Shown here: in pieces, positions 43,772 through 43,925 of the stretch
Numbering within the stretch: position 1 is the stretch's first letter
Layout: every line of letters begins with the position of its first letter
IMG/VR virus record: IMGVR_UViG_3300010222_000007
Location: 1 to 43,925 of that record
Length of the DNA: 43,925 nucleotides
Strand: one strand, 5' to 3'
Source of the DNA: a virus
Lineage: Duplodnaviria; Caudoviricetes
Position numbers and translations under genes: made by a program
The notes under the pieces: model-generated
The model's database searches: none
Seen by the model: the letters and a program-made list of their open reading frames with translations, nothing else
What the model was told of the DNA's origin: nothing

Positions 43772-43925
43772 GCGACCACCTCTCTTTCTCCCGTGCTGGC
43801 AAGTGCACGCTGCAGTGCACACCACGCAACCGAAGATTCTCGCCGAACGGGACGGAGAGACTCGCTACCGTCCGATCTATGCGCTCCTATATCGCTACGT
43901 GGTCGGTGCGTTTCGACACCCCGAT

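Larger units (their letters stand above)
1..43925. mobile_element. haloarchaeal tailed virus (siphovirus-like), apparently complete; no integrase seen
   Basis: full packaging, head, tail and replication gene set; acidic proteome; no host housekeeping genes. Confidence 0.93.

Overview
This window is an apparently complete, GC-rich genome of a tailed haloarchaeal virus. The proteome is acidic, starts are often leaderless behind a TATA box, and genes are coupled by ATGA/GTGA overlaps. It is siphovirus-like: HK97-type capsid, long tape measure, no sheath gene. Almost everything is on the minus strand: an early operon of small Zn-finger, HNH and methyltransferase genes, then an NrS-1-like primase-polymerase and UvrD helicase, a ~210-bp inverted repeat (candidate origin), a PadR regulator, TerS/TerL, portal, head, connector and tail genes, two fibre modules and a beta-helix enzyme. 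A divergent RHH/RHH switch and accessory genes occupy 1-4.2 kb. No integrase or att site is visible, a ParB-like gene is present, and gene orientation is continuous across the two ends, which suggests a circular plasmid-like provirus. The most unusual signals are: (1) a plus-strand non-coding RNA operon at 24247-24543, made of a structured RNA followed by two tRNA-like cloverleafs with elongated, non-canonical anticodon arms; (2) a -1 frameshift signal at the end of the putative repressor that would swap its C-terminal tail; (3) the large palindrome next to the replication genes. All product calls come from motif recognition and gene order, not from database searches.
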